64,000 nucleotides of DNA, from NCBI GenBank assembly GCA_019894975.1, contig JAGXNO010000008.1:8294-72293 (forward strand). The letters run 5' to 3'. The translations under genes were made by a program, and so were the position numbers. Source of the DNA: Promethearchaeota archaeon (GTDB taxonomy: Archaea; Asgardarchaeota; Lokiarchaeia; Sigyniarchaeales; SOKP01). The notes under the pieces were generated by a model, which saw only the letters and a list, made by a program, of their open reading frames with translations, did not search any database and was not told where the DNA came from. Position 1 is the stretch's first letter. The number at the start of each line of letters is the position of its first letter. Shown in pieces: positions 1 through 9,753 of this stretch.

Positions 1-32
1 GGTCCTGCCCCAGAGATTACTACATCATACAT
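1..32 (-). CDS. 5' end of a flavoprotein-like gene running off the left edge (FAD/NAD(P)-binding Rossmann N-terminus)
   Basis: The reverse complement of 1..32 reads ATG TAT GAT GTA GTA ATC TCT GGG GCA GGA CC = MYDVVISGAG.., the start of a GxGxxG dinucleotide-binding motif. Only 10 codons are visible. Confidence 0.3.
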   Translation of the reverse strand, partial: MYDVVISGAG

Positions 33-186
33 GATAAAAACCTTTAAATATGTAAACCTCCTTCATTTAAAAATTAATTCATTGAAACAATTCCATTACT
101 CACTCACAATTCCGTTGAAATTGGTTTGGAAAGGTAAAGATTTATTTATATCTTTAATGCTAAATAATTGTTTAGGGTTAAAATAA

Positions 187-2964
187 ATGATTAAAATGAA
201 AGGGAATAAGAATAATTATCTCATTAAGCTTGGTGAGGATGATTCAACTGATATTACTGCTGTAGGTGGTAAGGGTGCAAGTCTGGGTAAGTTAGTCAAA
301 GCGGGTTTTCCTGTTCCTTCAGGATTTGTGGTTACAACACATGCATACATGGAATTTCTTCATGCAAATAACCTTAAGGAAATAATAGAAAAGATTTTGA
401 GTGGACTTGATTATGGTAACCTTGATGAGCTGGAGAAAAAGACAGCAAAGATCAGGGATCTGATCTCCACTTCTATCCTTCCAGATGGTCTTACCCAGGA
501 GATCATTCAAACTTATAAGGAGCTTGGAGGGAATAAGGTATATGTAGCGGTTCGTTCTTCAGCAACAGCAGAAGATTTAGAGGGATCATCCTTTGCGGGG
601 CAATATGATACATATCTGGATGTGAAGGGAGAAAACGCACTATTAGAAGCAGTACAACGATGTTGGGCATCAATGTGGACAGCACGTGTCGCCGCTTATC
701 GTCATAACAAGAGTTTCGATCACAATGCTATTGGTATTGCGGTTGTAGTCCAAGATATGATTGAGCCTAATGTTGCTGGAGTGATGTTTGTCGGGAATCC
801 TATAAATGCCGGAGCCGATGAAATCGTAATCAACGCGAGTTGGGGACTCGGTGAGGCTGTAGTAGCAGGTATCATTACACCAGATGAATTTATTGTTGCT
901 CGAGATTCCCTTAAAATCAAACGTTGCAATATGGGTTCGAGGAAGCTTCGGGTTGTTAGGAACCAATTGGCAGGGATTGGTACGATTGAGGAGCCCGTAC
1001 CCAATGATCTTCAGAATTCTTACACCCTTTCAGACGATCAGATAAAGGAACTTTCAGAGTTGGGTCGAAAAGTCACAAACTATTATGATGGGTTACCCCA
1101 GGACATCGAATGGGCACAGAGGGGTAATTCTTTTTTCCTACTCCAGTCCCGACCTGTTACCGGTGTAGAATTTAAATGGGAGGAAGATCTTGACCTGTGG
1201 CCGTCACTCCCAGAAGACGACGATATCATTTGGACCAGAGCATGGGCAGACGAGGTGTGGACCGGCGCAGTCACGCCTTTGATGTGGTCGGTCCGCGGTC
1301 GTTGGATGCGTGATGGCGGCTCTGCTAACTATCGGTACTTTGAAATGGGAGATCTCGCTGAGCTTCGAGCGTATAAGTATCATCATGGCACCGTTTATTA
1401 CAACACAAGAGCAGATGAATTAATTGCCGAATACAGTCTTCCACCAAATCTTAGGAAACACTTTCTCAGTCGGCTTCACCCATCGCAGCTAGAAAAAGCT
1501 ATAAATGCCCCCTTCGATCTTTGGCGGACTCTGAAGAGGTTCATTAGGATAGAGGAAACGCAACCTGGAATGGGTATAGGTAATTTTTCTATAGGGAATA
1601 AAGTGTTAACACAGAAGCCTAAGAGTGTGAAAAAATACAACGTAAGGCGCTCGATAGTAAAAGCAGCATTTCCTGATCTTAACCAAATTAAACAAGAGAT
1701 CCGAGCCCTGAAAGACGAGGATTTGAGACCACGAGTAATGAGATATAACCAAGTCTTCGCGACTGGTGTTGCGAGGGGTTCTTGGGGTATCATTCATATC
1801 TACGCACCCGTTATTCGTGCCCTTCTTGATGGTGTATTGCAGTACTGGTATAATGGTGACAATCCAAATGCATTTATAGAAGTGCTTAGTGGACTTCCTG
1901 AATAAACTCAACAGTATAATGACGATTACGCTTTTTGGGAACTTGCGGAAATTATCAGGCATTCCAAGAAGCTTCGTACGCTATTTGAGGAATTCAATGG
2001 AGCTGCGTTCTTTGAGGAACTCAAGAATCATGAGGAAGGATGTTCTTTCCTTGCCAAATACGAGGAATTCTTAGAGGTGGCTTTTTACCGGGGTCATGCT
2101 GATCGAGATATTTACTTTGACCGACGTATTGAAGATCCATCCCTTGATTATGAAGCTTTACGAGTGCTTTTAAAATCGGAGGAAATCGTCTCACCGGAAG
2201 AAAGGGAAGAAAAATTGAACCAAAGACGAGAATTCGCAACTATTGAAGTGATCGAGAATCTCTCCAAGCAACCACTGGGTGATATAAAGGTATTTATCTT
2301 CAGGTTTCTATTGAATTATAGTTTGAGATTCTTCACAGGACGTGATGACTCACGACCGATGTCCGATATTGTAACCTACCAAAAGAAGATAGTGCTCCTC
2401 GAATACGGTCACAGAACGGTGTCTCGAGGTCTTCTAGAGGGAGATCGTGATTTTTATTTCCTTTCGATAGATGAACTTGACAGACTGCTAAAGGGCACCG
2501 AGACGAAGGCACTATCTAAGGCTAAGATCTCCGCCCGTAGGAGAGCTTTTGATCGTTTTGTTACACATGAGGAGGATCCCCCTCTATTTCTCAAGGGAAA
2601 TATGCCTATGGAAGATGCTGAACCTAGGAGTGCTGATAGAAAAGATGTTCTGAAAGGTCACGGAACTAGTCGCGGAGTAACAACCGGAAGAGCCCGAATT
2701 ATTCCCACACTTAAAGATATAGGCCGTCTGGAAAAAGGGGATATCCTAGTTTGCCATGGTACGGACCCTGGTTGGACATCAGCTTTCAGTATTGTCAGTG
2801 GGGTGGTCGCACAGACGGGTGGTATGCTTGCTCACTTTTCGTGCCTCTCGCGGGAGTATGGTTTACCCGCGGTATCACTTCCAAATGCCATAAAACTTAT
2901 CAGAGATGGATCCATCATTACGGTGAATGGCGACAGTGGTGAAATCCGGGTGGTTTCGGAGTAA
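187..2964 (+). pseudogene. PEP-utilising enzyme (PpsA / rifampicin-phosphotransferase-like: N-terminal PPDK_N ATP-grasp, C-terminal swivelling phosphohistidine domain), one reading frame interrupted by an in-frame TAA at 1903..1905
   Basis: N-terminal motif GGKGASLGKLVKAGFPVPSGFVVT. C-terminal motif GHGTSRGVTTGRARII..ILVCHGTDPGWTSAF..VVAQTGGMLAHFSCLSREYGLPAV. ORFs 187..1905 and 2077..2964 share a frame, and the 171 nt between them (1906..2076) contain no other stop (TQQYNDDYAFWELAEIIRHSKKLRTLFEEF...). Confidence 0.7.
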
Positions 2965-3033
2965 GTCAGATTTTTTGGATTTTATAAAAAAAAATTAGAT
3001 AAAAAAAGTTTTTTAAATTGCCCATTTAAGAGG

Positions 3034-3867
3034 TTATTCCACAATCGCATAAGCATTGCTTATTACAATGCTTTTTTCTGTATGTGCTTGAATAATATAC
3101 CGTCCATTTTCTTTCCAACCTTCTGTAGTAATTGTTTCACCTGGATAAACGGGTAGAGAAAATCTTGCGCTATATTCCTTAAACCGATTCACATCACCGT
3201 CACAAGCACCATACAATATTGCTCGAGCAGTAAAACCATACGTACATAATCCATGAAGAATAGGTTCATTAAATCTACCACTCAATTTAGCATAGCTAGG
3301 ATCTAGGTGTAAAGGATTGAGATCACCGTTAAGTCTATATATAGCTGCTTGATTCTCAGTGGTTTTATATGATATGCTAAAATCAGGCTTAACTCCTTCT
3401 GGAGGTTTCAAAGATTTGGCTTTTGGCCCAGATTCTCCACCAAATCCTCCCGCATCTAATAAAACATGTACCCATTTTGCATCAAATATATGTTCTCCTT
3501 TCTCATTAAATCCTTGCCTTATTGAATGAATAATTGCATTTTTCCCCTTATCGTAAATATTAGTTATTGTTCCCTTCCTTGTTATTTTTCCTTGCGACGG
3601 AAAGGGACGATAAAGCTTTATATATTGCTCTCCATGAATAAGTTTCGCCCAATTAACGTTTCCAAGTTTTTCAAAGGGAGCAGCACCATCTCCAGCAATA
3701 ACCGCATAGCTAGGGAATACCTTTACTCCTCCTTGTGTTCTTTCATAAAGGAAAGGTAATTCATTGGTTTGAGCTCCAATTCCTAAAGCATAAAGAATTA
3801 CATCCTTCCAATCATATTCAAAAACGCTTTCTCTTGTTTGACCTATTGCGTTTAAATCTATTGACAT
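3034..3867 (-). CDS. MaoC-like double hot-dog (R)-specific enoyl-CoA hydratase/dehydratase
   Basis: 277 aa with LNGDLNPLHLDPSYAKLSGRFNEPILHGLCTYGF, the hydratase-2 / MaoC motif. The N-terminal half looks like a degenerate hot-dog fold. Confidence 0.75.
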   Translation of the reverse strand: MSIDLNAIGQTRESVFEYDWKDVILYALGIGAQTNELPFLYERTQGGVKVFPSYAVIAGDGAAPFEKLGNVNWAKLIHGEQYIKLYRPFPSQGKITRKGTITNIYDKGKNAIIHSIRQGFNEKGEHIFDAKWVHVLLDAGGFGGESGPKAKSLKPPEGVKPDFSISYKTTENQAAIYRLNGDLNPLHLDPSYAKLSGRFNEPILHGLCTYGFTARAILYGACDGDVNRFKEYSARFSLPVYPGETITTEGWKENGRYIIQAHTEKSIVISNAYAIVE

Positions 3868-4057
3868 ACTTAATCTTCCTTATATAATGATGTATTAAAA
3901 CATGAAATATATTTAAAAAATCTTTTTTAATTGGAAAGTTACCACAAGGGTCGAGTCTTTTTAAATCTCATTGGGATAGATAGGTAAACTTTCATGGAAA
4001 AAAAAATTGTAAAACAATATAAAAATATTGAGGTAACCATTATCTATATGTGTTGAA

Positions 4058-5491
4058 ATGGAATTAACTCCTGATTATATTGAAGAGCATTTATCTGAAA
4101 TTGGGAAAAATGAGGCTCAAAATTTATTAAGAGAGATCATAAGCAGTTCGAATGATTCGGGTATACGCGTGAAGGCATTGAAAACGTTTGGAAGTATAGA
4201 TGAGGGTACTAATTTTTCATTTTTTGAACAGTTATTCCTTTCTGATGAGAATCTTGCTATGAGATTGTTTGCAGGAGAGATTCTAAAAGAAATTTATTCC
4301 AAGCATAAAAAAATCGTCCGACTACTTGATTATACTCTAAAGAAAGTAGATAATATAGAACAGAAAATCTTTTCAGTCAAGACTTTAAACTCAATAGAGA
4401 ATATGAAAGCAGGTAAGATCCTTACAGAATATCTCAAAGATTTTTTCAAGAAAAAAGCAACTGAGAAGTCTTCTGATCTACAATTGAGCGCTGACTTAAC
4501 TCACCCTATCCCTGAGATGATTATTAATAAATGGATTAACTTGATTTTAGGTGATTATTACAAAAATAAATGTGGATATCTTATTACACTAAAAAAGGGA
4601 AAGATTGTTGCATTAAATTGTGAAGGTTCTGATTTGAGAAATGTTTCAGACATTTATGGATTTAACTTACTAACGGATTTAGAATATCTCTCAATCCAGA
4701 GAAATTTCCTGCAAAAAATATCCAATCTTCAACATTTAACCCAATTAAAAGCATTGAATTTCTCGCACAATAAGTTAAAGAAAATTGAAAATTTAGAGAG
4801 TTTAAATAATTTAGAAGAATTAAATCTGTCGAATAATAAAATTGGGAAGATAGAAAGCTTAGAATCTCTAATAAATTTAAAAAAGTTAACCCTTAGTGAT
4901 AATTCGATTACATCGATACAAAATTTACATTCGTTATCACATTTAGAAGCTTTAGATTTAAGTCATAATAATATAATAGATATAAAAAATATGGATAAAT
5001 TGGAGAATTTAAACCGATTAAACCTTTCCTCTAATAAAATTGAAAGGATGGAAGGATTTACGCAATTGACAAATTTGATGTGGTTATATTTAAATGACAA
5101 TAAGATCGTACAAATTGAAGGCTTATTGACCCTACATAAATTGAAAGGATTATATCTTTCAAATAATCAAATCACCAGGATTAGTTGTCTAGATAATCTA
5201 TTAAGCCTAAAAAAGTTGGAGTTGTCGAATAATAAAATTACCAAACTTGATGGTTTACAAAACCTAGTAGAGCTTCAAGAATTATACCTAGATAATAATT
5301 TTATTACAATTTTTGAAGGTTTGGAAGGTTTAAATAATTTAATAATGTTACATATTGGAAGAAATAAAATAGTTGAATTCAGGAGGGAATATGTTATTCA
5401 TCTGAGAAACTTGAATTTTTTATTTCTTAATGAAAACCCATTAAATCAGAAGAGCTTTATGGAATACCAGAAAAGGATTAAATTTCCTTAA
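4058..5491 (+). CDS. Leucine-rich repeat protein (about 11 SDS22-type 22-aa LRRs) with an N-terminal helical (HEAT-like) region
   Basis: Regular 22-aa (66-nt) periodicity LxxLxxLxLxxNxIxxIxxLxx from about aa 205 to 440, e.g. LNNLEELNLSNNKIGKIESLES and LSHLEALDLSHNNIIDIKNMDK. Confidence 0.8.
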   Translation: MELTPDYIEEHLSEIGKNEAQNLLREIISSSNDSGIRVKALKTFGSIDEGTNFSFFEQLFLSDENLAMRLFAGEILKEIYSKHKKIVRLLDYTLKKVDNIEQKIFSVKTLNSIENMKAGKILTEYLKDFFKKKATEKSSDLQLSADLTHPIPEMIINKWINLILGDYYKNKCGYLITLKKGKIVALNCEGSDLRNVSDIYGFNLLTDLEYLSIQRNFLQKISNLQHLTQLKALNFSHNKLKKIENLESLNNLEELNLSNNKIGKIESLESLINLKKLTLSDNSITSIQNLHSLSHLEALDLSHNNIIDIKNMDKLENLNRLNLSSNKIERMEGFTQLTNLMWLYLNDNKIVQIEGLLTLHKLKGLYLSNNQITRISCLDNLLSLKKLELSNNKITKLDGLQNLVELQELYLDNNFITIFEGLEGLNNLIMLHIGRNKIVEFRREYVIHLRNLNFLFLNENPLNQKSFMEYQKRIKFP

Positions 5492-5501
5492 GAGTATTAG
5501 G

Positions 5502-6071
5502 TTATTTATTGTGATTTAAATAATCTTCAATCCAGATCTCCATTAGAACCTCGTCATAATATGTAGCATCCATATAGAATTGTTTTTTTCTTACTCCAAC
5601 CTCTCTAAATCCCATGGTTTTATAGAGAGATAGTGCTCTTTCATTTGTAGCAAAACAACTTAATACTATTTTTTCTTTATTGTTCAATTTTTTAGATTCT
5701 CGCAGGGCGGTGTCAATTAACGCAGCACCGATCCCTAAATCTCGGTATTTTATATTCACAATAATTCCTAAAACCCCCACATGTAGCCCCGCATCCCAGT
5801 CAGAATTAGAGATTTCACATTGCCCAATGATGTTGTAGGGAGATTTTAACTTTCGAGCTTCAGCTACGATACAAATTTCCTTTTCATTTTTAACCTTATG
5901 ATACCAAGAATCTTTTTCTAACCGAGATCTAACGGGAAAAATTACAGGTAAATACATACCTTCTTCTACTACTTCGTTGAAGTTATTCCAAACACCCTCA
6001 ACATCCACCTTACTCAAATGTCTTATGAGTATTTTTTCCCCGGTACTTAATTCCAAAGTTTGATTCATCAC
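5502..6071 (-). CDS. GNAT family N-acetyltransferase
   Basis: 189 aa with the acetyl-CoA-binding segment YRDLGIGAALIDTALRESKK and a C-terminal NERALSLYKTMGFREVG motif. Confidence 0.7.
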   Translation of the reverse strand: MMNQTLELSTGEKILIRHLSKVDVEGVWNNFNEVVEEGMYLPVIFPVRSRLEKDSWYHKVKNEKEICIVAEARKLKSPYNIIGQCEISNSDWDAGLHVGVLGIIVNIKYRDLGIGAALIDTALRESKKLNNKEKIVLSCFATNERALSLYKTMGFREVGVRKKQFYMDATYYDEVLMEIWIEDYLNHNK

Positions 6072-6112
6072 TTAAATATAACTTTTTATAATTAAATTCC
6101 TTTGGTAATAGT

Positions 6113-6529
6113 ATGGATAATAAAGATGAACAAGAAGAAAAACAAAGCTCTGATATTAAAAAAAAGCTTGTTGCTAAGGATCTTGTTACTTTAAAACATG
6201 TAGAAGTAAAAAAACAGGAAATTAGTCCCGAGACAAGAGACTTGGCACAAACTCTAAAAGAGAGTTATATCGAACACGATCAATTTGAAAGACTTACTAA
6301 TGATGAACTCACAATATTAGAAACTTTCATGGGGAAACGCTTATTTTTAGAACGAATTGCGATTATTGTTAATCAATCAAGAATCCCTTTAGGAATTCCA
6401 GGTTTTAAAAAAGCAGAATTGGAAAAAATTATAGAAGACCTTATCACAAAAGGATATATGGAGTTTAATTTAGTAGGAGAGAAGAAAGTATTCTATCTTT
6501 CAGAAAGAGGTAAATACCGGGTTCAATAG
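6113..6529 (+). CDS. Hypothetical protein, possible C-terminal winged-helix domain
   Basis: 138-aa ORF with an acidic/basic N-terminus. The C-terminal LEKIIEDLITKGYMEFNLVGEKKVFYLSERG resembles a wHTH wing. No firm family match by eye. Confidence 0.3.
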   Translation: MDNKDEQEEKQSSDIKKKLVAKDLVTLKHVEVKKQEISPETRDLAQTLKESYIEHDQFERLTNDELTILETFMGKRLFLERIAIIVNQSRIPLGIPGFKKAELEKIIEDLITKGYMEFNLVGEKKVFYLSERGKYRVQ

Positions 6530-6600
6530 GAGAACTTGTCATTATATTGAATAATTATAAGAGAACAATAGAAAAAAAACCGATATCTTAAATTGGTAGA

Positions 6601-6903
6601 TTAATCCTTTTTTAAGATCAACTTATTTATTGGAATATCTTGATATTCTCCATGGGGATACTCACGTCTAATGGTTAACGGTAAGATTCTCGCTTTTAGT
6701 TCTAGCTTGGCAATCTTAATTGGGTCAATAACCTCCTTAGGTTTCTCGATAAGCATAGGTGCACCATAAGACAATTGTAATGCTCGTGCCCCAACAATCC
6801 GCGCTTTCTCGTACCTAGTTAAAAAGATTGGGCCAATTTTGACATATTCTCTGACTTCTTTATATTGTTTGCGTAATTCTCGAGATTCTAGAAAACTAGA
6901 CAT
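6601..6903 (-). CDS. rpoK: DNA-directed RNA polymerase subunit K (Rpo6)
   Basis: LTRYEKARIVGARALQLSYGAPMLI is the conserved Rpo6/RpoK core. Start placed at the ATG (6903) rather than the upstream TTG (6918). Confidence 0.8.
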   Translation of the reverse strand: MSSFLESRELRKQYKEVREYVKIGPIFLTRYEKARIVGARALQLSYGAPMLIEKPKEVIDPIKIAKLELKARILPLTIRREYPHGEYQDIPINKLILKKD

Positions 6904-6990
6904 GGTTAAGCTAACCAAAAAATAAGTAATTAGATTTTTAAATGTAGGATATGATATAACTTTTTCGATAATGAAGGTAAAAATAAGGAA

Positions 6991-7125
6991 TGCGCGAGGA
7001 GGGAAATGTTCAAACCGAAACAGTTTTTCGGAATTTTGAACCCCCGACCTTCGTGATTTATATTTTACATTAATATAAATTTACACGGTGTGAGCGTGTC
7101 GTTATAGCCACTAAACCACTCGCGC
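6991..7125 (-). tRNA. tRNA-Val(CAC) with two putative non-canonical introns (32 nt after position 44, window 7050..7081; 30 nt in the T-loop after position 58, window 7006..7035)
   Basis: Minus strand: acceptor GCGCGAG/CTCGCGC+A, anticodon arm ACACG-CTCACAC-CGTGT, T-arm GGGGG..CCCTC. The gene is 135 nt and 73 nt once both inserts are removed. Each insert is flanked by bulge-helix-bulge pairing (see findings). Confidence 0.7.
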
Positions 7126-7314
7126 ATGGTTGTACTTAAGAATAATGAGCTATTTGAAATAAATCTTTTTCTGCTCACTAATTACAAAGTGTTTATTAAA
7201 ATATTAGTAATTCGATTTAAGAACATAAATACATTTTATTGATCTTGTTAAGTCTTATGGTTTATATATTCCATATCAATTCTTTACACAATATGATATT
7301 GAGATTTTATTCTG

Positions 7315-9627
7315 GTGATTACGTTCTCAACAAATGAAGATTTTATTTCTCATCCCCTTATTAAGAAAGATTTTGTTTCACGAAGAGAATACCAAGAAAT
7401 CATTTTTATAAATTGTTTAAATCAGAATTGTTTAGTGGTGATTCCTACTGGTTTGGGTAAGACAATTATTGCGTTAATGCTTTCGGTATATAGATTGTCA
7501 GAACTACCAAAATCAAAAGTAATTTTTTTAGCACCTACAAAACCCTTAATAGAACAGCATCATAAATCTTTCTTGGATCTTACGTTACTTCCCCCAGAAT
7601 CATTACAATCTCTTACAGGAACGATTCTCCCTAAAAAGAGAAAAGAAATCTGGACTCAAATACAAGTTGCTTTTATGACCCCTCAGGTCCTACAAAATGA
7701 CCTAATTTCTGGCTTATATTCGCTTGAAGATGTCTCTCTTATTATATTTGATGAATGCCATCGAGCAGTTGGAGATTATGCCTATGTTTTTATCGCGAAA
7801 AAATATACAAGTGCCTCTAAAGGGCATCAAATTTTAGGCCTTACGGCGAGCCCAGGGTCCACTCAAGAGAAAATAAATGAAATTAAAGAAAATTTGTTTA
7901 TCAATCATATAGAGATTAGAACTGATAAAGATAGTGATGTAAAAAAGTATGTTCAGAAAGTCGATACTGAATGGATTAAAATTTCTTTGCCTGATGAATT
8001 CTTGGAGATTAAAAGGATATTAGAAGAAAAATTAAAAGAAATCTACAAATGGCTAAAAGAAAAAGATTTGCTTAACTCATTTGACATCAATAAAATTACC
8101 CGTAAAGATTTACTGAAATTAAACAATACAATTAATGGGAGAATCTCAGCATCGCGAAACGATGATGAAAAATACGATATGTTTTATGCGAAAAAATGTC
8201 AAGCTAATGCGATTAGGATATCTCACATGTCAGAGCTCCTTGAAACACAGGGAATTAATGCGTTAAAAGATTACCTGGAAAAAAATGAAGAGAAAATTAA
8301 GAATAACACAGCTAATAAATCCCTTAAGGAATTGTTTGTTGACAAGAATTTTAGAAAGGTAAAACAATTAACATATGAGATTCAAGCTCAAGGAGTTGTT
8401 CACCCAAAACTTGAGAAATTGAGAGAGATATTGACAACTCAATTACAAGCAAATTCCGAATCAAGAATTTTAGTTTTTGCTCATTTTCGTGACTCTGTAA
8501 ATAATATTGTAAGATATCTCAAGGAAGACAGTATTATTAAACCACACAAGTTCATTGGACAAGCACATAAAGGATCTGATAAAGGATTAACACAAAAAGA
8601 ACAGATTAGACTACTTGAAGATTTCAAAGAAGGAACTTATAACACACTTGTAGGCACAAGTGTTGCAGAAGAAGGTTTAGATATTGCTGAATGTGATTTG
8701 GTTGTGTTTTACGACGTTGTTCCAAGCGCTATTCGCTCTATTCAGAGACGGGGTCGAACAGGTCGTAAAAAAGAAGGGAATGTTTTTGTATTAATGGCTG
8801 AAGGTACAAGAGATGAGGGGTATTATTGGGCTGAGAAAGCTAAAGAAAAGAATATGAGGGACAGCTTGAAAAAAATAAAATCATCTCAGAATGGTCCTAA
8901 AAAAGAACAAGCAAACCTTCTGAACTTTATTGAAAAAGCTAAAAACAATAGTGTTTCAGAGCAAAAATTAGCTGGTGCGGAACTAATTGAAATAGCGTGT
9001 GATAATAGGGAAACCGCCTCTTCAGTGGTCAGAAACCTTTCATTAATGGGAGTTAATCTAAGATTGGAACAATTATCAGTAGGGGATTATATAATTTCAA
9101 AACGAGTTGGTATTGAAAGAAAAAGCTCACAAGATTTTACAGATTCGATAAAGGACGGTAGGCTCTTTAAAGAATTAAAGAATTTAACAGATAATTATGA
9201 AAGGGCTATATTAATACTTGAAGAAGATCCCTTTGAAAATTCGAGTCTTGACGAAAATGCTATCTATGGTGCAATATCTTCAATAATTCTAAATTTAGGT
9301 GTTTCAATTTATAAAACTAAAGATGCTAAAGAAACAGCAATGTTTTTATATCAATTGGCTAAAAAAGAACAGTCAGAAAGTAAATCTTCCCTAAAACTCA
9401 GATTTGGTAAAGCTCCAATTGAAACTTCTCGTCTTTTAGAATATGTTATAGCCGGAATTCCTGGAGTAAATACACTTCGAGCAAAGAATTTATTAAAAGA
9501 GTTTCAAACTTTGCAAAATATTTTCTTGGCAGATATACCAGACTTAACAAAAATTGAAAATATTGGCAAAAAAATTGCCCAAGAAATTTATAAAATTAGC
9601 AGATACAAATATAAGAACGATCACTAG
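7315..9627 (+). CDS. hef: Hef: helicase-associated endonuclease for fork-structured DNA (SF2 DEAH helicase plus ERCC4/XPF nuclease plus HhH2)
   Basis: Walker A PTGLGKT, DECHRAVGDYAY, helicase motif VI QRRGRTGR. C-terminal ERCC4 motif GDYIIS..VGIERKSSQDFTDSIKDGRLFKEL. Terminal HhH region GIPGVNTLRAKNLL...IGKKIAQEI. GTG start. Confidence 0.85.
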   Translation: MITFSTNEDFISHPLIKKDFVSRREYQEIIFINCLNQNCLVVIPTGLGKTIIALMLSVYRLSELPKSKVIFLAPTKPLIEQHHKSFLDLTLLPPESLQSLTGTILPKKRKEIWTQIQVAFMTPQVLQNDLISGLYSLEDVSLIIFDECHRAVGDYAYVFIAKKYTSASKGHQILGLTASPGSTQEKINEIKENLFINHIEIRTDKDSDVKKYVQKVDTEWIKISLPDEFLEIKRILEEKLKEIYKWLKEKDLLNSFDINKITRKDLLKLNNTINGRISASRNDDEKYDMFYAKKCQANAIRISHMSELLETQGINALKDYLEKNEEKIKNNTANKSLKELFVDKNFRKVKQLTYEIQAQGVVHPKLEKLREILTTQLQANSESRILVFAHFRDSVNNIVRYLKEDSIIKPHKFIGQAHKGSDKGLTQKEQIRLLEDFKEGTYNTLVGTSVAEEGLDIAECDLVVFYDVVPSAIRSIQRRGRTGRKKEGNVFVLMAEGTRDEGYYWAEKAKEKNMRDSLKKIKSSQNGPKKEQANLLNFIEKAKNNSVSEQKLAGAELIEIACDNRETASSVVRNLSLMGVNLRLEQLSVGDYIISKRVGIERKSSQDFTDSIKDGRLFKELKNLTDNYERAILILEEDPFENSSLDENAIYGAISSIILNLGVSIYKTKDAKETAMFLYQLAKKEQSESKSSLKLRFGKAPIETSRLLEYVIAGIPGVNTLRAKNLLKEFQTLQNIFLADIPDLTKIENIGKKIAQEIYKISRYKYKNDH

Positions 9628-9753
9628 ATTAATATTGATATATTATCTCTAATTGAATAATACGATAAAAAAGATTTTTAACGTTTTTAATTATTATTAA
9701 TTATATTATAGATTTTAATATATGAAACAAATATCACTTGAGCATTAGAACAT

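Noticed and set aside
1860-1960. Possible BHB intron containing the in-frame TAA at 1903, by analogy with the SDR gene
   Set aside because: Only a short hairpin (GAAGU/ACUUC, 1879..1897) is present. I could not build a 3-4-3 bulge-helix-bulge around the stop, and the flanking frame is unchanged, so a splicing explanation has no support.
319-1962. Seven minus-strand ORFs of 60-118 aa (319..510, 503..685, 670..966, 720..1004, 1083..1274, 1204..1386, 1476..1793, 1606..1962) overlapping the PEP-utilising enzyme gene
   Set aside because: They are antisense shadows of a long GC-richer gene with strong motif support. Their products are low-complexity with no motifs.
1889-2074. 61-aa plus-strand ORF bridging the two halves of the PEP-utilising enzyme gene
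   Set aside because: It is in a different frame. Frame 1 is itself open across this interval and reads as a plausible protein continuation, so the +1 ORF is spurious.
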